Program-made: the position numbers and the translations under genes
NCBI GenBank assembly: GCA_016215205.1
Contig: JACRKU010000024.1
Location: 4,321-68,320 of the forward strand
Direction: 5' to 3'
DNA: 64,000 bases
Origin: Candidatus Yonathbacteria bacterium
GTDB taxonomy: Bacteria > Patescibacteriota > Minisyncoccia > Phycocordibacterales > UBA1550
Part shown: piece by piece, positions 1 to 8,989 of the stretch
How the letters are laid out: every line of letters begins with the position of its first letter
Position numbering within the stretch: position 1 is the stretch's first letter
Notes under the pieces: model-generated
The model's database searches: none
Told to the model about the DNA's origin: nothing
Seen by the model: the letters and a program-made list of their open reading frames with translations, nothing else

Positions 1-794
1 TACTCGAGCGCCAACCCAAACGGAATCGCTTTTGAACCGCTAAGAGAAAAAAGTTCTGCGCGAATTGCGGCGGCGCTCTTTTGTTTTTCTTTCAAGACTT
101 TTTGATAGGCAAGCTCCTGCCCTTTTGTCTCTTTTAAAATACGTCTTTTTTCCGCTTCATTTGCGACAAGAAGCTTTCTCTCGAGCTCTTGAATGCGGCG
201 AAGGTCGACTTCTTCCTCTTTTTTGTCCTCAAGAATTTTCTTTTCTTCTTCGGTTGCCCTTTTTGCCACGCCAACTTCTTCAAGCGAAACCCCTATTGAG
301 TCCTCTACATACTGAAAATTATCCAAATCAACAAAAAATTCCGAGAAGTTTTTGTCGGAGAGCGCGACTTCCACAATGGAATATGTGTCGAGCTCGTACG
401 TGCGGCGCATGAGTCCCGCAAGCGATTCGCGTTCGCGATTTATCTTTGTGGAATACTTTACAATCGTGCGATTTTTTACGCCGATATCGTCAACAAGGCC
501 CGCGATGGAAAGATTGCGCGCCTTGATCGACAACTTTGCTTTTTCAATTTGCGCATTGAGTATTGCGATGTCGCGTTCAAGGGAAACTCCTTCGCGTTGT
601 TTATTTGTAAGAATGCTTTCTTGCGCGACAATTTCTTTTTCGCATGTGAGGAGCGCGGCTTCAAGCTCGGGCTTGCTTAACCCGGTAAAGGATTCTGGGC
701 ACCCAGCCGCCGCCGCTGGTATCGTAAAAATACCGAAAAATGACACGGAGAGAACAGAGGATATGAAAAACTTCCGAAAAAAACTTTTGGACAT
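1..794 (-). CDS. Secreted coiled-coil protein, partial (C-terminus beyond left edge); N-terminal region typical of EnvC/M23-type peptidoglycan hydrolase-activator proteins
   Basis: Minus-strand ATG at about 792-794 opens a frame that stays open to position 1. Translation MSKSFFRKFFISSVLSVSFFGIFTIPAAAAG... gives a signal peptide followed by long E/K/L-rich heptad-like coiled coil. It is absent from the ORF track only because it runs off the edge. Confidence 0.5.
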   Translation of the reverse strand, partial: MSKSFFRKFFISSVLSVSFFGIFTIPAAAAGCPESFTGLSKPELEAALLTCEKEIVAQESILTNKQREGVSLERDIAILNAQIEKAKLSIKARNLSIAGLVDDIGVKNRTIVKYSTKINRERESLAGLMRRTYELDTYSIVEVALSDKNFSEFFVDLDNFQYVEDSIGVSLEEVGVAKRATEEEKKILEDKKEEEVDLRRIQELERKLLVANEAEKRRILKETKGQELAYQKVLKEKQKSAAAIRAELFSLSGSKAIPFGLALE

Positions 795-861
795 ACGCTA
801 TTTTATTATAGCAAAAAATCCGTCGAGCACCATTTTGGTGCTCGACGGATTTTTGTGCCTT

Positions 862-1512
862 TTATTTTTCAACTTCCGCGGGAGCTTCTCCTTCCTCTTC
901 TTTCTTTCCTTTCTTTTCAACTTCGATTGCCGAAAGATCCATAACCGGCGCTTCAAGGGGTTCTTCTTTCGCAACCGCAATCGCGGCAACAACATCTGTT
1001 CCGTGAGTTACAAGAGTAATTCCTTTTGGAAGCGCGATACTTTTTGCAAGAATTTGGCTGTCGATAGTGTCGAGTGCTGAAATGTCGATAGTAAAATTGT
1101 GAGGGAGATTTTCCGGCTGACCCTTTACCTCAACCTCGTGAAGAACTTTCACAAGCGAACCGCCGAGGTCCTTTACCGCAGCTGATACACCGGTGAATTC
1201 AAGTGGGATATGCACCGAAACCTCCTGTCCTTTTTCGAGAGCATAAAAATCAACATGTATTGGTTGACCCTTGATTGGGTCTACTTGAACCTCGTGGATA
1301 AGGGCGTTCAATTTCCCCTTTGGCATTTCAAGTGTCACCACTGTTGACTCGCCCGCAGTCTTCCAAACTTTCTTAAAACTATTGAGTGGAAACACGCAGG
1401 GGGTCGCCGCTTCTTTATGACCATAATACACAGCGGGAACAAAACCCTGCGCGCGAATTGCGGTGAGCTTCGTCTTTGGGTCGCGGATTTCTCCTTTAAG
1501 TGTGATATTCAT
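862..1512 (-). CDS. rplY: 50S ribosomal protein L25 / general stress protein Ctc
   Basis: 216 aa, MNITLKGEIR...AIRAQGFVPAVYYG, Ctc-form L25 with acidic C-terminal tail. ATG start and TAA stop verified in the sequence. Confidence 0.85.
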   Translation of the reverse strand: MNITLKGEIRDPKTKLTAIRAQGFVPAVYYGHKEAATPCVFPLNSFKKVWKTAGESTVVTLEMPKGKLNALIHEVQVDPIKGQPIHVDFYALEKGQEVSVHIPLEFTGVSAAVKDLGGSLVKVLHEVEVKGQPENLPHNFTIDISALDTIDSQILAKSIALPKGITLVTHGTDVVAAIAVAKEEPLEAPVMDLSAIEVEKKGKKEEEGEAPAEVEK

Positions 1513-1551
1513 ATTGGGCTAGTATACGGATTTTAAAGGAAAAAGCAAATT

Positions 1552-2427
1552 TTAAAGCCCTGAGAACAACTTCAACCGCGCCTCAATCACCTTCTGCATC
1601 GCTTCGGTTGGCTCCTTCATCACTTTATATGGAGCGACTTCATCAGGATGCGCGGTGAGGTACGAGGCGAGAGATTTTACAAAAGCCACGCGGATTTCGG
1701 TATTTATATGTACCAGACTGATGCCCGCCTTGATAGCATCACGAAAATCTTCGTCCGATGTTCCTGAACCGCCATGGAGAACAAGTGGTACTCCTGCGGC
1801 GGCGCGCACTTTACGGATACGCGGAATATCCAAGCGCGGCTCGGGCGCATTCCTAAGCATGCCGTGCATATTCCCCACTGCGGGAGCAAACAAATCAACT
1901 CCCGTTTCTTTCACAAAACGCTCTGCCTGCTCTGGAGTGGTGAGTGTCGTGTCGTCAAACTTCACGCCTTCGGGAATCGCATCGAGAACTTTTGAAGAAG
2001 TGCCGATGTAGCCCACCTCTGCTTCAACGAGCACATCTCTTCCGGAAGCGCGCGCATAATCCACGCATTCTTTTGTCTTGGCAATATTTTCATCGAGTGA
2101 AAGTTTTGCTCCGTCAAAAATCACTGCGTCAAAGCCAGCGTCAATCGCTTCCTTCACGCGCTCCACGGTGTAGGTGTGGTCTGCGTTGATGAAAATCGGG
2201 TACTGATATTCTTCACGAATGCTTTTTACAAGCGCGACCGCCTGACGCACGCCCACGAAATCACGCTCTCCCTCCGAGAGCCCGACAATGACCGGAAGAT
2301 TGAGCGACTTCGCCGCGCGAAAAATAGCCCACAAGCCCTCAAGGTTTGAAATATTGAAATGCCCGACCGCAATGTGTTTTTTCTCTGCGTCAGTGATAAC
2401 CTCGCGTAATGTTGGAATGATACTCAT
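1552..2427 (-). CDS. fba: Class II fructose-bisphosphate aldolase
   Basis: 291 aa with the conserved class II ketose-bisphosphate aldolase blocks HFNISNLEG, INADHT, LVLHGGSG. ATG and TAA verified. Confidence 0.85.
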   Translation of the reverse strand: MSIIPTLREVITDAEKKHIAVGHFNISNLEGLWAIFRAAKSLNLPVIVGLSEGERDFVGVRQAVALVKSIREEYQYPIFINADHTYTVERVKEAIDAGFDAVIFDGAKLSLDENIAKTKECVDYARASGRDVLVEAEVGYIGTSSKVLDAIPEGVKFDDTTLTTPEQAERFVKETGVDLFAPAVGNMHGMLRNAPEPRLDIPRIRKVRAAAGVPLVLHGGSGTSDEDFRDAIKAGISLVHINTEIRVAFVKSLASYLTAHPDEVAPYKVMKEPTEAMQKVIEARLKLFSGL

Positions 2428-2498
2428 AGTAAAGTTATTCTACCACAAACCAACTGATATGGTATACTTTTCACATTACTATTAAAAATTAACACTAC

Positions 2499-3503
2499 AT
2501 GGAACAACTAGATTTCGTAGGCATCGGAGACACGGTCGTAGATGCTTTTATACGCCTTCGCGAGGACCAAGCACACACGACTGTTTGCAAGATTGATGCT
2601 AACGCATCGGAGATCTGCATGCCATTCGGCGCAAAAGTTCCATATGATTTTGTAAAAGTCGTTTACGCCGTCGGAAACAGCGCCAATGCGTGCGTGTCCG
2701 CGTCGCGTCTCGGTCTCAAAAGCGCGCTCATAACAAATCTCGGCAATGATGATGACGGCGCAAAATGCGTCGCATCGCTTAAAAAAGACGGTGTCAGCAC
2801 AGAGTATGTAAAACAATATAACGACATCAAGACAAATTATCACTATGTGCTCTGGTACGGCAGTGAGCGCACGATTCTCATAAAGCACGAGGTGTTCCCT
2901 TATATTCTGCCGCAAGATTTTGTGGGGCCCAAATGGCTATACCTAAGCTCACTCGGTGAAACTTCACTTGATTTTCATCACGAAATCGCAACTTATCTCG
3001 CCGCGCATCCCGAAACCAAGCTCGCATTTCAGCCGGGAACATTCCAAATAAAACTCGGTACGGATGCACTCAAAGATTTATACGCGCATACGGAAGTTTT
3101 CTTCTGCAATGTTGAAGAGGCGCGCCTCATCTTGAAAACAGACGAGCCGGAACCAAAAAAGCTCGCGCGAATGATGACCGCCCTCGGACCAAAAATTACG
3201 GTCATTACCGACGGACCAAAGGGCGCGTATGTATTCGACGGCACAGATGTTTGGTTTATGCCGGTTTACCCGGACATAGCGCCGCCGTATGACCGCACCG
3301 GCGCGGGCGATTCGTTTGCTTCAACATTTATCGCGGCGCTCGCGCTTGGCAAGGAGCCGCGCGAGGCTGTCACATGGGCGCCCGTGAACTCAATGTCTGT
3401 CGTACAGAAAATCGGCGCTCAAGAAGGACTCCTGTCGCGCGCAGAGCTTGAAAAATATCTAGCGGAAGCACCTGCGGATTATAAAGCGGTGAAATTGGAT
3501 TAA
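2499..3503 (+). CDS. PfkB-family carbohydrate kinase (ribokinase-like)
   Basis: 334 aa; C-terminal DRTGAGDSF anion-hole motif of ribokinase/PfkB kinases; N-terminal GxGD-type glycine motif. The sugar substrate cannot be assigned. Confidence 0.8.
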   Translation: MEQLDFVGIGDTVVDAFIRLREDQAHTTVCKIDANASEICMPFGAKVPYDFVKVVYAVGNSANACVSASRLGLKSALITNLGNDDDGAKCVASLKKDGVSTEYVKQYNDIKTNYHYVLWYGSERTILIKHEVFPYILPQDFVGPKWLYLSSLGETSLDFHHEIATYLAAHPETKLAFQPGTFQIKLGTDALKDLYAHTEVFFCNVEEARLILKTDEPEPKKLARMMTALGPKITVITDGPKGAYVFDGTDVWFMPVYPDIAPPYDRTGAGDSFASTFIAALALGKEPREAVTWAPVNSMSVVQKIGAQEGLLSRAELEKYLAEAPADYKAVKLD

Positions 3504-3504
3504 G

Positions 3505-3559
3505 CGCAAAATAAAACATCCAGCCTGCCAGCTGGCAGGCTGGATGTTTTATTTTGCGC
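3505..3559. terminator. Bidirectional intrinsic terminator between convergent pfkB-like and tkt-C genes
   Basis: About 26-bp perfect palindrome gcgcaaaataaaacatccagcctgccagc / gctggcaggctggatgttttattttgcgc, with A/T runs on both sides. Confidence 0.7.
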
Positions 3560-4534
3560 TTACAAAAGTTTCTTCACTGCTTTTTTGATGGAATCCTTAT
3601 CCATTCCGTAATGCTTCACGAGCTCCTCAGGCTTCCCCGACTGCCCAAATTGATCCTGCACGCCAACGAATACAATCTTAGTCGGATGTTCCATTGCAAG
3701 GACTTCGGCAACTGCCGAACCCATTCCTCCTGCAACTTGATGTTCCTCGACAGTGACAATTGCGCCACATTCTTTTGCAAGCTTCACAATCGCCCCGCGG
3801 TCAATCGGCTTCACGGTACCGATATTTAAAACAACTGCGCCGACTACCTCTCCTTCGAGTTCTTTTGCCGCAATGAGCGCATTGTATACGAGCGAACCGC
3901 ACGCAATGATGCCGACTTTGGGTGCAAGCGACGAGCGGAAAAATTCTTGCGCTTTTCCAATCTCAAAAGGCGTGTCCTCTGCCGTGATGATAGGAGTTTT
4001 TTCACGAGCGAGACGAATGTACGTTGGTGAATTTGTTTTCGCCATTGCGATAGTTGCTTTGCGCGCCTCAACGCTGTCGCATGGGGTAATTACCACCATG
4101 CGCGGCATCACGCGCACGAGCGCGATGTCTTCGATTGCTTGATGCGTGCCGCCATCGGGACCAACCGAAACTCCCGCATGCGAGCCCGCGATTTTCACCG
4201 GGCGGTCATTATAGCAAATGTTTGTGCGAATCTGCTCCCAATTTCTGCCGGGAGAAAACATCGCGTACGACGACACAAACGGCACCTTCCCCATCGCCGC
4301 CATTCCGCTTGCCACCGATGCCGACGACTGCTCCATAATTCCCATCTCAAAAAATCGCTTAGGAAATTCTTTTGCGAACGCATCCATCTTTGTGGATTCA
4401 GTAAGGTCGCAACACATCGCCACCACGCGCTCATCCGCACGCCCCGCAAGCACCAGCCCCTCGCCAAAACCCGCGCGAATCGGCGCTTGTTCTACATCAG
4501 TATCAAAAAGTTTTGGGTTGAGTGGGATGTTCAT
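3560..4534 (-). CDS. tkt: Transketolase, C-terminal (pyrimidine-binding) subunit
   Basis: 324 aa with characteristic blocks GEGLVLAGRADERVVAMCCDL, MGIMEQ, VGPDGGTHQAIEDIA. It lacks the TPP-binding N-terminal half, which is encoded separately at 5159-6028. Confidence 0.9.
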   Translation of the reverse strand: MNIPLNPKLFDTDVEQAPIRAGFGEGLVLAGRADERVVAMCCDLTESTKMDAFAKEFPKRFFEMGIMEQSSASVASGMAAMGKVPFVSSYAMFSPGRNWEQIRTNICYNDRPVKIAGSHAGVSVGPDGGTHQAIEDIALVRVMPRMVVITPCDSVEARKATIAMAKTNSPTYIRLAREKTPIITAEDTPFEIGKAQEFFRSSLAPKVGIIACGSLVYNALIAAKELEGEVVGAVVLNIGTVKPIDRGAIVKLAKECGAIVTVEEHQVAGGMGSAVAEVLAMEHPTKIVFVGVQDQFGQSGKPEELVKHYGMDKDSIKKAVKKLL

Positions 4535-4558
4535 ATCTTACCTTAATTACAGTATACA

Positions 4559-4828
4559 TTAAATTTCATACACATTCGATCTATGGCCGATACACGCAAC
4601 CATCAACAAGCGTTCATCTCAACATATTTTATATATCACCCGATAATCACCAATCCTTAACTTAAAAAACCCGACCCACTCTCTTTCAAGCGGCAAAGGC
4701 ACCACCTGGTCAAAATTGCCTTCAGGCCATTCAAGCTTTCTGTGTACGCTCACGCGAATTTTCTTATCTAGCCCAAGAAAATTCTTCTCCGCATCTTTTG
4801 TTAAAACAATTTTCCACGCTTGCACCAT
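4559..4828 (-). pseudogene. RelE/ParE-family toxin interrupted by in-frame TGA (likely inactivated toxin)
   Basis: From the in-frame ATG (MVQAWKIVLTKDAEK...FKLRIGDYRVIYKIC) the frame hits TGA at 4619-4621. The same frame then continues DERLLMVACIGHRSNVYEI and ends at TAA 4559-4561. The segment after the TGA carries the conserved RelE/ParE C-terminal IGHR..VY motif, so the full 90-codon toxin is split by one stop. Confidence 0.6.
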
Positions 4829-4838
4829 AATAACGGGA

Positions 4839-5033
4839 TTAGTTTTTCCTACTAAACTCTTTAAGTGCAATCAGTTTTTTAGGATTTACCTTTTGAGCTT
4901 TTTTAAGTTGTTTTATTGTTTGAGATGACAACATCATGCCAAAATCAGGATCAGCAAAAATCTCCTGAACGGACTCAATAATTGTTTGGCGTACGAGAGA
5001 TTGCAATTGTCTTTGTTGAACGATTGTATTCAT
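4839..5033 (-). CDS. Putative antitoxin cognate to the RelE/ParE-like toxin
   Basis: Small ORF (64 aa from the ATG; the track start is TTG at 5075) located 10 nt upstream of the toxin start, the classic antitoxin-toxin arrangement. No family-specific motif recognised. Confidence 0.5.
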   Translation of the reverse strand: MNTIVQQRQLQSLVRQTIIESVQEIFADPDFGMMLSSQTIKQLKKAQKVNPKKLIALKEFSRKN

Positions 5034-5158
5034 AATTATTATATTACCACAGGCACTAGTCTTTGTAAAAATCAATTTCCATCAAAAATTTTGGGTTGAG
5101 GGGGGTCATGTTTCTATTTATTAAAGTCCGCGTTCATTCCGCGTCTAGTCCGCATCTA

Positions 5159-6028
5159 CTATTCGTGCTCACTCTCAATCTGCCCGCCGAGCGTACGAAG
5201 CTCTGCCATCGCATTCGCACCCTGTTCTTTGTCTGGCGGGTTGCCGTGCCACTTGAAGTCGCGCTGAAACATTTCAACACCCTTGCCCGGAATAGTGTGC
5301 GCGATTATGACTGACGGCTTTTCAAAGATCGCTTTTGCTTCATCAATCGCATCAACAATCGCAGACATATTGTGTCCGTCAATCTCGAGAACGTGCCAGC
5401 CGAATGCTGCCCACTTATCCGCAAGCGGTTCGAGGGGCATCACGTTTTCCGTAAAGCCGTCTATTTGGATATTGTTGCGGTCTACAACGGCGACGAGGTT
5501 GTGAAGCTTTTCGCGACCCGCTAGCATCGCCGCCTCCCAGATTTGCCCTTCGTTCAATTCACCGTCGCCCAAAAAAGAGTAAATGGTTCTGTTTGAGCTT
5601 TGTCCGCGGTCGAGGCGGTCCGCAAGCGCCATCCCCACTGCCTGCGAAAGCCCTTGTCCAAGAGGACCGGAGCTTGTTTCAAGCATCGGCAAATACTCGC
5701 GGTGCGGATGCCCCTGAAGTCGTGTGCCGAATTTGCGGAGCGTTTTTAATTCTTTTACAGGGAAATATCCCGCGTGCGCCATCGCCGCATACATCACCGG
5801 GCAAATGTGGCCGTTGGAAAGCACTAGTCGGTCACGGTCTTCCCACTCCGGATTCTTTGGGTCGTGTTTGAGAATATGAAAATAAAATGCGGTAAAAATA
5901 TCCGCCATGCCGAGCGGTCCCGCCGTGTGTCCGGACTTTGCTTCAACAAGCGATTCAATAATCGACTTCCTGATCTCAAGCGCTTTCTCTTCGAGAAATT
6001 TTATTTTGTCGTCGTGGAGATGGGTCAT
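5159..6028 (-). CDS. tkt: Transketolase, N-terminal (TPP-binding) subunit
   Basis: 289 aa; blocks SGHTAGPLGMADI, GDGELNEGQIWEAAMLA, GHPH; TAG stop. Separated from the C-terminal subunit by the TA cassette. Confidence 0.9.
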   Translation of the reverse strand: MTHLHDDKIKFLEEKALEIRKSIIESLVEAKSGHTAGPLGMADIFTAFYFHILKHDPKNPEWEDRDRLVLSNGHICPVMYAAMAHAGYFPVKELKTLRKFGTRLQGHPHREYLPMLETSSGPLGQGLSQAVGMALADRLDRGQSSNRTIYSFLGDGELNEGQIWEAAMLAGREKLHNLVAVVDRNNIQIDGFTENVMPLEPLADKWAAFGWHVLEIDGHNMSAIVDAIDEAKAIFEKPSVIIAHTIPGKGVEMFQRDFKWHGNPPDKEQGANAMAELRTLGGQIESEHE

Positions 6029-6032
6029 AAGA

Positions 6033-6704
6033 CTATGATACTAGATTTCTCATTTCAGTGATAGCTTGAGTAAAATCATCGCTCCCAAGTATCGCCGAGC
6101 CGGACACGAGACGCGTTACTCCGGCATCTACAAGCCTCTTTGCGGTTTCCATATTTACAGCGCCGTCGACGCTGATAGGCATATCTGGGCGCGTACTTCG
6201 TGCCACACGCACTTGGTCGAGTACGCGCTCATCAAAAGCTTCTCCCTGAAAACCGATGCGCGCGATACCCATACACTGCACAAAGTCGATACGGTGGCAA
6301 AATGGCGCGAGTGTCTGGATTGGAGTCGTGGTATTTATCGCGAGACCGAGTTCGATAAGCCCCTCCGGTACTGCCGCGCGAATTTTTTCAAAATCCTTCA
6401 TTGATTCCACATGCACAATAATACGCCGAGCGCCGGCGGAAACCCATTTGGGCACCGCAAGCTCGGGATTCTCTATCATCAAGTCAACTTCAAAATCAAG
6501 TGTTTCCCACTCGGGCATCCCCTCTTCCTCAGCGACAATGGCGTCAAAATGCGCATCCCGCGGATACGGCCATGTGCGCTCGGGTACAAATTTTCCGTCC
6601 ATGATGTCGAGCTGCACAAGAGGAACAACACCCGCAAAAAGACTCATCATCTCATCAAGATGCTCGTAGTCCTTTGGCATTATCGCGGGAATAATCTCTA
6701 TCAT
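6033..6704 (-). CDS. rpe: Ribulose-phosphate 3-epimerase
   Basis: 223 aa; LDIMDGKFVP and SVDGAVN blocks typical of Rpe. Confidence 0.85.
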   Translation of the reverse strand: MIEIIPAIMPKDYEHLDEMMSLFAGVVPLVQLDIMDGKFVPERTWPYPRDAHFDAIVAEEEGMPEWETLDFEVDLMIENPELAVPKWVSAGARRIIVHVESMKDFEKIRAAVPEGLIELGLAINTTTPIQTLAPFCHRIDFVQCMGIARIGFQGEAFDERVLDQVRVARSTRPDMPISVDGAVNMETAKRLVDAGVTRLVSGSAILGSDDFTQAITEMRNLVS

Positions 6705-6710
6705 AAAAAA

Positions 6711-7151
6711 TTATTTATCCAGTTTTTGAATTCTTCGCTCGTGCCGTTCATCGCCCGAAAAAGGTGTTTCGAGCCACACGCGCACCACTTCTTTCGCTTC
6801 GTCTTCTTCAATGAACCGCGCACCGAGAGAGAGGATGTTCGCATCATTGTGCTCGCGCGAGAGTACCACGATATCCACAGTACCTCCATAGTAGACTGCC
6901 GCGCGCGCGCCGGGCACCCTGTTTGCGCACATCGCTTCACCCTGACCAGAACCGCCAAGTATAATTCCGCGCGACTTGGGGTCGCGAGCAACATTTTCCG
7001 CAACCGGACGAATGAAATCCGGATAGTCATCGAGGCTATCGAACTTATGCGCGCCAATATCCTCCACCTCATGTCCGCGCGCGCGAAGAAATGGAATAAG
7101 CGATTCCTTGAGTTCAAACCCTGCGTGGTCGGTGCCGATATAAATGCGCAT
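6711..7151 (-). CDS. rpiB: Ribose-5-phosphate isomerase B
   Basis: 146 aa; MRIYIGTDHAGFELK N-terminus and GGSGQGEAMCANR block of RpiB/LacAB family. Confidence 0.85.
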   Translation of the reverse strand: MRIYIGTDHAGFELKESLIPFLRARGHEVEDIGAHKFDSLDDYPDFIRPVAENVARDPKSRGIILGGSGQGEAMCANRVPGARAAVYYGGTVDIVVLSREHNDANILSLGARFIEEDEAKEVVRVWLETPFSGDERHERRIQKLDK

Positions 7152-7158
7152 GATGCTG

Positions 7159-8202
7159 TTAAAGATTCTCTGCCACCTTAACTACATGTTTTACCAAAGT
7201 GTTCGTGTAACCCATTTCATTGTCATACCACGACATAACTTTCACGAGGTTGCCGTCCACCACGCGCGTCAAATCAAGGTCGGCAATCGCGCCATAGAGA
7301 GTTCCCACAATATCAGACGACACAAGGGGCTCATCGGTGACCGTAAAGATACCTTCCCATCGCGGGGTTTTTGAGGCATCGCGCAAAATTTTGTTTACCT
7401 CTAGAACACTGGTGTTCCTTTTTGCGATGAACGTAATGTCGGCGATAGAGCCGGCAATAATCGGCACGCGCACGGCGATGCCGTCAAACTTGCCCTTCAA
7501 ATCAGGCACCGCTTCCGTGACAGCAATAGCCGCACCCGTCGATGATGGCACCATGTTTGCCGCACCCGCGCGCCCACCGCGAAGGTCTTTGCCGCCGGGA
7601 CCGTCCACAATTTTTTGCGTACCGGTGTACGCGTGCGTGGTGTTAAGCACTGCTTTCTCAATACCAATAGTTTCATTCAAAATAGTAATGACCGGCGAAG
7701 CGGCGTTTGTCGTGCACGAAGCATTTGAAGAAATCTGACATGTCGCAAGTTTTTCATCGTTGATACCCATAAGCACGGTCGCACCGGTGATACCCTCAAT
7801 CATTTCGCCTTTCACTGGCGCAGTAATTACAACTCGTTTTGCGCCTGCATCCAAATGCACTTTTGATTTTTCGTAGCTCGTGTAAAAGCCGGTTGATTCA
7901 ACCACGACATCAATGTCGTACTTTGCCCACGGAAGTTTCGTTGCGTCTTTTTCCTGAATCAAAACAACTTTTTCCACACCAACGCGGAAACCCGGCTCCT
8001 CGCCATTGCCGGGAGGGACGACTGCCACATCGAAGTCCGCGCGCCCGTACGCGGTGTCGTACTTGAGGAGATACGCCATGTTCTCTGGGTCGCCGAGGTC
8101 GTTCACCGCCACAATCTCAAGCTCTGGTTGCGTGCGCGCCAACTTATAAAACGCGCGTCCTATGCGCCCAAACCCATTAATCGCTACTCGTGTCTTTTTC
8201 AT
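7159..8202 (-). CDS. gap: Type I glyceraldehyde-3-phosphate dehydrogenase
   Basis: 347 aa; INGFGRIGR NAD-binding N-terminus, ASCTTN catalytic Cys block, WYDNE C-terminal block. Confidence 0.9.
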   Translation of the reverse strand: MKKTRVAINGFGRIGRAFYKLARTQPELEIVAVNDLGDPENMAYLLKYDTAYGRADFDVAVVPPGNGEEPGFRVGVEKVVLIQEKDATKLPWAKYDIDVVVESTGFYTSYEKSKVHLDAGAKRVVITAPVKGEMIEGITGATVLMGINDEKLATCQISSNASCTTNAASPVITILNETIGIEKAVLNTTHAYTGTQKIVDGPGGKDLRGGRAGAANMVPSSTGAAIAVTEAVPDLKGKFDGIAVRVPIIAGSIADITFIAKRNTSVLEVNKILRDASKTPRWEGIFTVTDEPLVSSDIVGTLYGAIADLDLTRVVDGNLVKVMSWYDNEMGYTNTLVKHVVKVAENL

Positions 8203-8246
8203 TTTTGTGGTGGTTAAATTGATTAAAACTATGCGTCCATTTTAGC

Positions 8247-8276
8247 ACACAGAGCAAAAAAGAGCACAATTTGTGC
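8247..8276. terminator. Hairpin terminator downstream of the yafQ-like toxin gene
   Basis: aaaaaagaGCACAAtTTGTGCcctttt: short GC stem flanked by an A-run and a T-run. Confidence 0.45.
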
Positions 8277-8280
8277 CCTT

Positions 8281-8541
8281 TTATGAATACAATTCGCTAT
8301 GACTTCCAATATCAGCAAATTCAACGTGTTTGTCGTCTATTTCTTCAAACACTGCGCGAATGTCGCCAGTGACATTAATACTTCTGCACCCATCCCATTC
8401 CCCGCCGAGTGCGTGATTATTAAGTAGTGGATAGTGCGGATTCTTTATAAACAAAGCGAGCCTCTCATAAAATTTTTCTTGTATCACTTTTGATTGCTTG
8501 CGAAGCATCTTCTTGAACACTCGACCATAAGTGATAGTCAT
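8281..8541 (-). CDS. Type II toxin, RelE/YafQ family (mRNA interferase)
   Basis: 86 aa; C-terminal ...GEWDGCRSINVTGDIRAVFEEIDDKHVEFADIGSHSELYS matches the YafQ/RelE pattern (GxW.G.R..H...D.Lxxy......l.RtGSHS.Lf). ATG and TAA verified. Confidence 0.75.
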   Translation of the reverse strand: MTITYGRVFKKMLRKQSKVIQEKFYERLALFIKNPHYPLLNNHALGGEWDGCRSINVTGDIRAVFEEIDDKHVEFADIGSHSELYS

Positions 8542-8545
8542 AAAA

Positions 8546-8815
8546 TTATGAACGAAGAGACTTAATCATACTTTCAGCATCGTAAAATGGTCCAACCGAT
8601 TTCCCATGAGCGCGGTCAAGGCGAGCAGACTTAATAGAATGCTTCAAGCGTGGAGATGGCTCAAGGACAGAAAAAGAAACGGTCTTATTTCGCGCCAAAT
8701 TCTTCAAAGACGCATTGATAATAGCCGACAATGTAAAGCCGAGCTCGTCCGCCACCTTTTGTGCCTCATTTTTAACTTTTGGGTCTATTTTGATATTTAA
8801 TACTGCTGTTTTCAT
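8546..8815 (-). CDS. Type II antitoxin, RelB/DinJ family
   Basis: 89 aa; N-terminal AVLNIKIDPKVKNEAQKVADELGFTLSAIINASLKNLA is DinJ-like (ribbon-helix-helix); ends 4 nt upstream of the toxin. Confidence 0.75.
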   Translation of the reverse strand: MKTAVLNIKIDPKVKNEAQKVADELGFTLSAIINASLKNLARNKTVSFSVLEPSPRLKHSIKSARLDRAHGKSVGPFYDAESMIKSLRS

Positions 8816-8936
8816 CCCGTTAGAGGTAGGAAACGCTGTGCGTTTCCGTAATTAACTAATAATTATTGCTGTTAATATACTTAACCTAAATTCCCCATTA
8901 GATTGCACCACTGAACTATGCAACCTCTAACGGGAT
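8814..8936. repeat. About 123-bp element bounded by perfect 14-bp terminal inverted repeats (MITE-like or structured RNA)
   Basis: atcccgttagaggt at the left end and acctctaacgggat at the right end. The interior is AT-rich and contains its own hairpin ggaaacgc-tgt-gcgtttcc. Confidence 0.4.
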
Positions 8937-8989
8937 TCATATATGCTAAAGTATATACTTTGTCATTACTGGTGTCAACGGCAATATTT

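Noticed and set aside
352-1080. Long plus-strand ORFs antisense to real genes (352-1080, 6411-7181, 22355-23203, 55846-56556, 12523-13089 and others in the track)
   Set aside because: Each lies opposite a conserved, motif-bearing minus-strand gene. Their translations are low-complexity, with no recognisable domain. They are typical shadow ORFs.
8830-8935. tRNA-like reading of the minus strand inside the inverted-repeat element (TTGCA-TAGTTCAGTGG-TGCAA resembles a D-arm)
   Set aside because: No acceptor stem, no T-arm GTTCGAATC-like loop and no anticodon stem of proper geometry could be formed, so it is not a tRNA.
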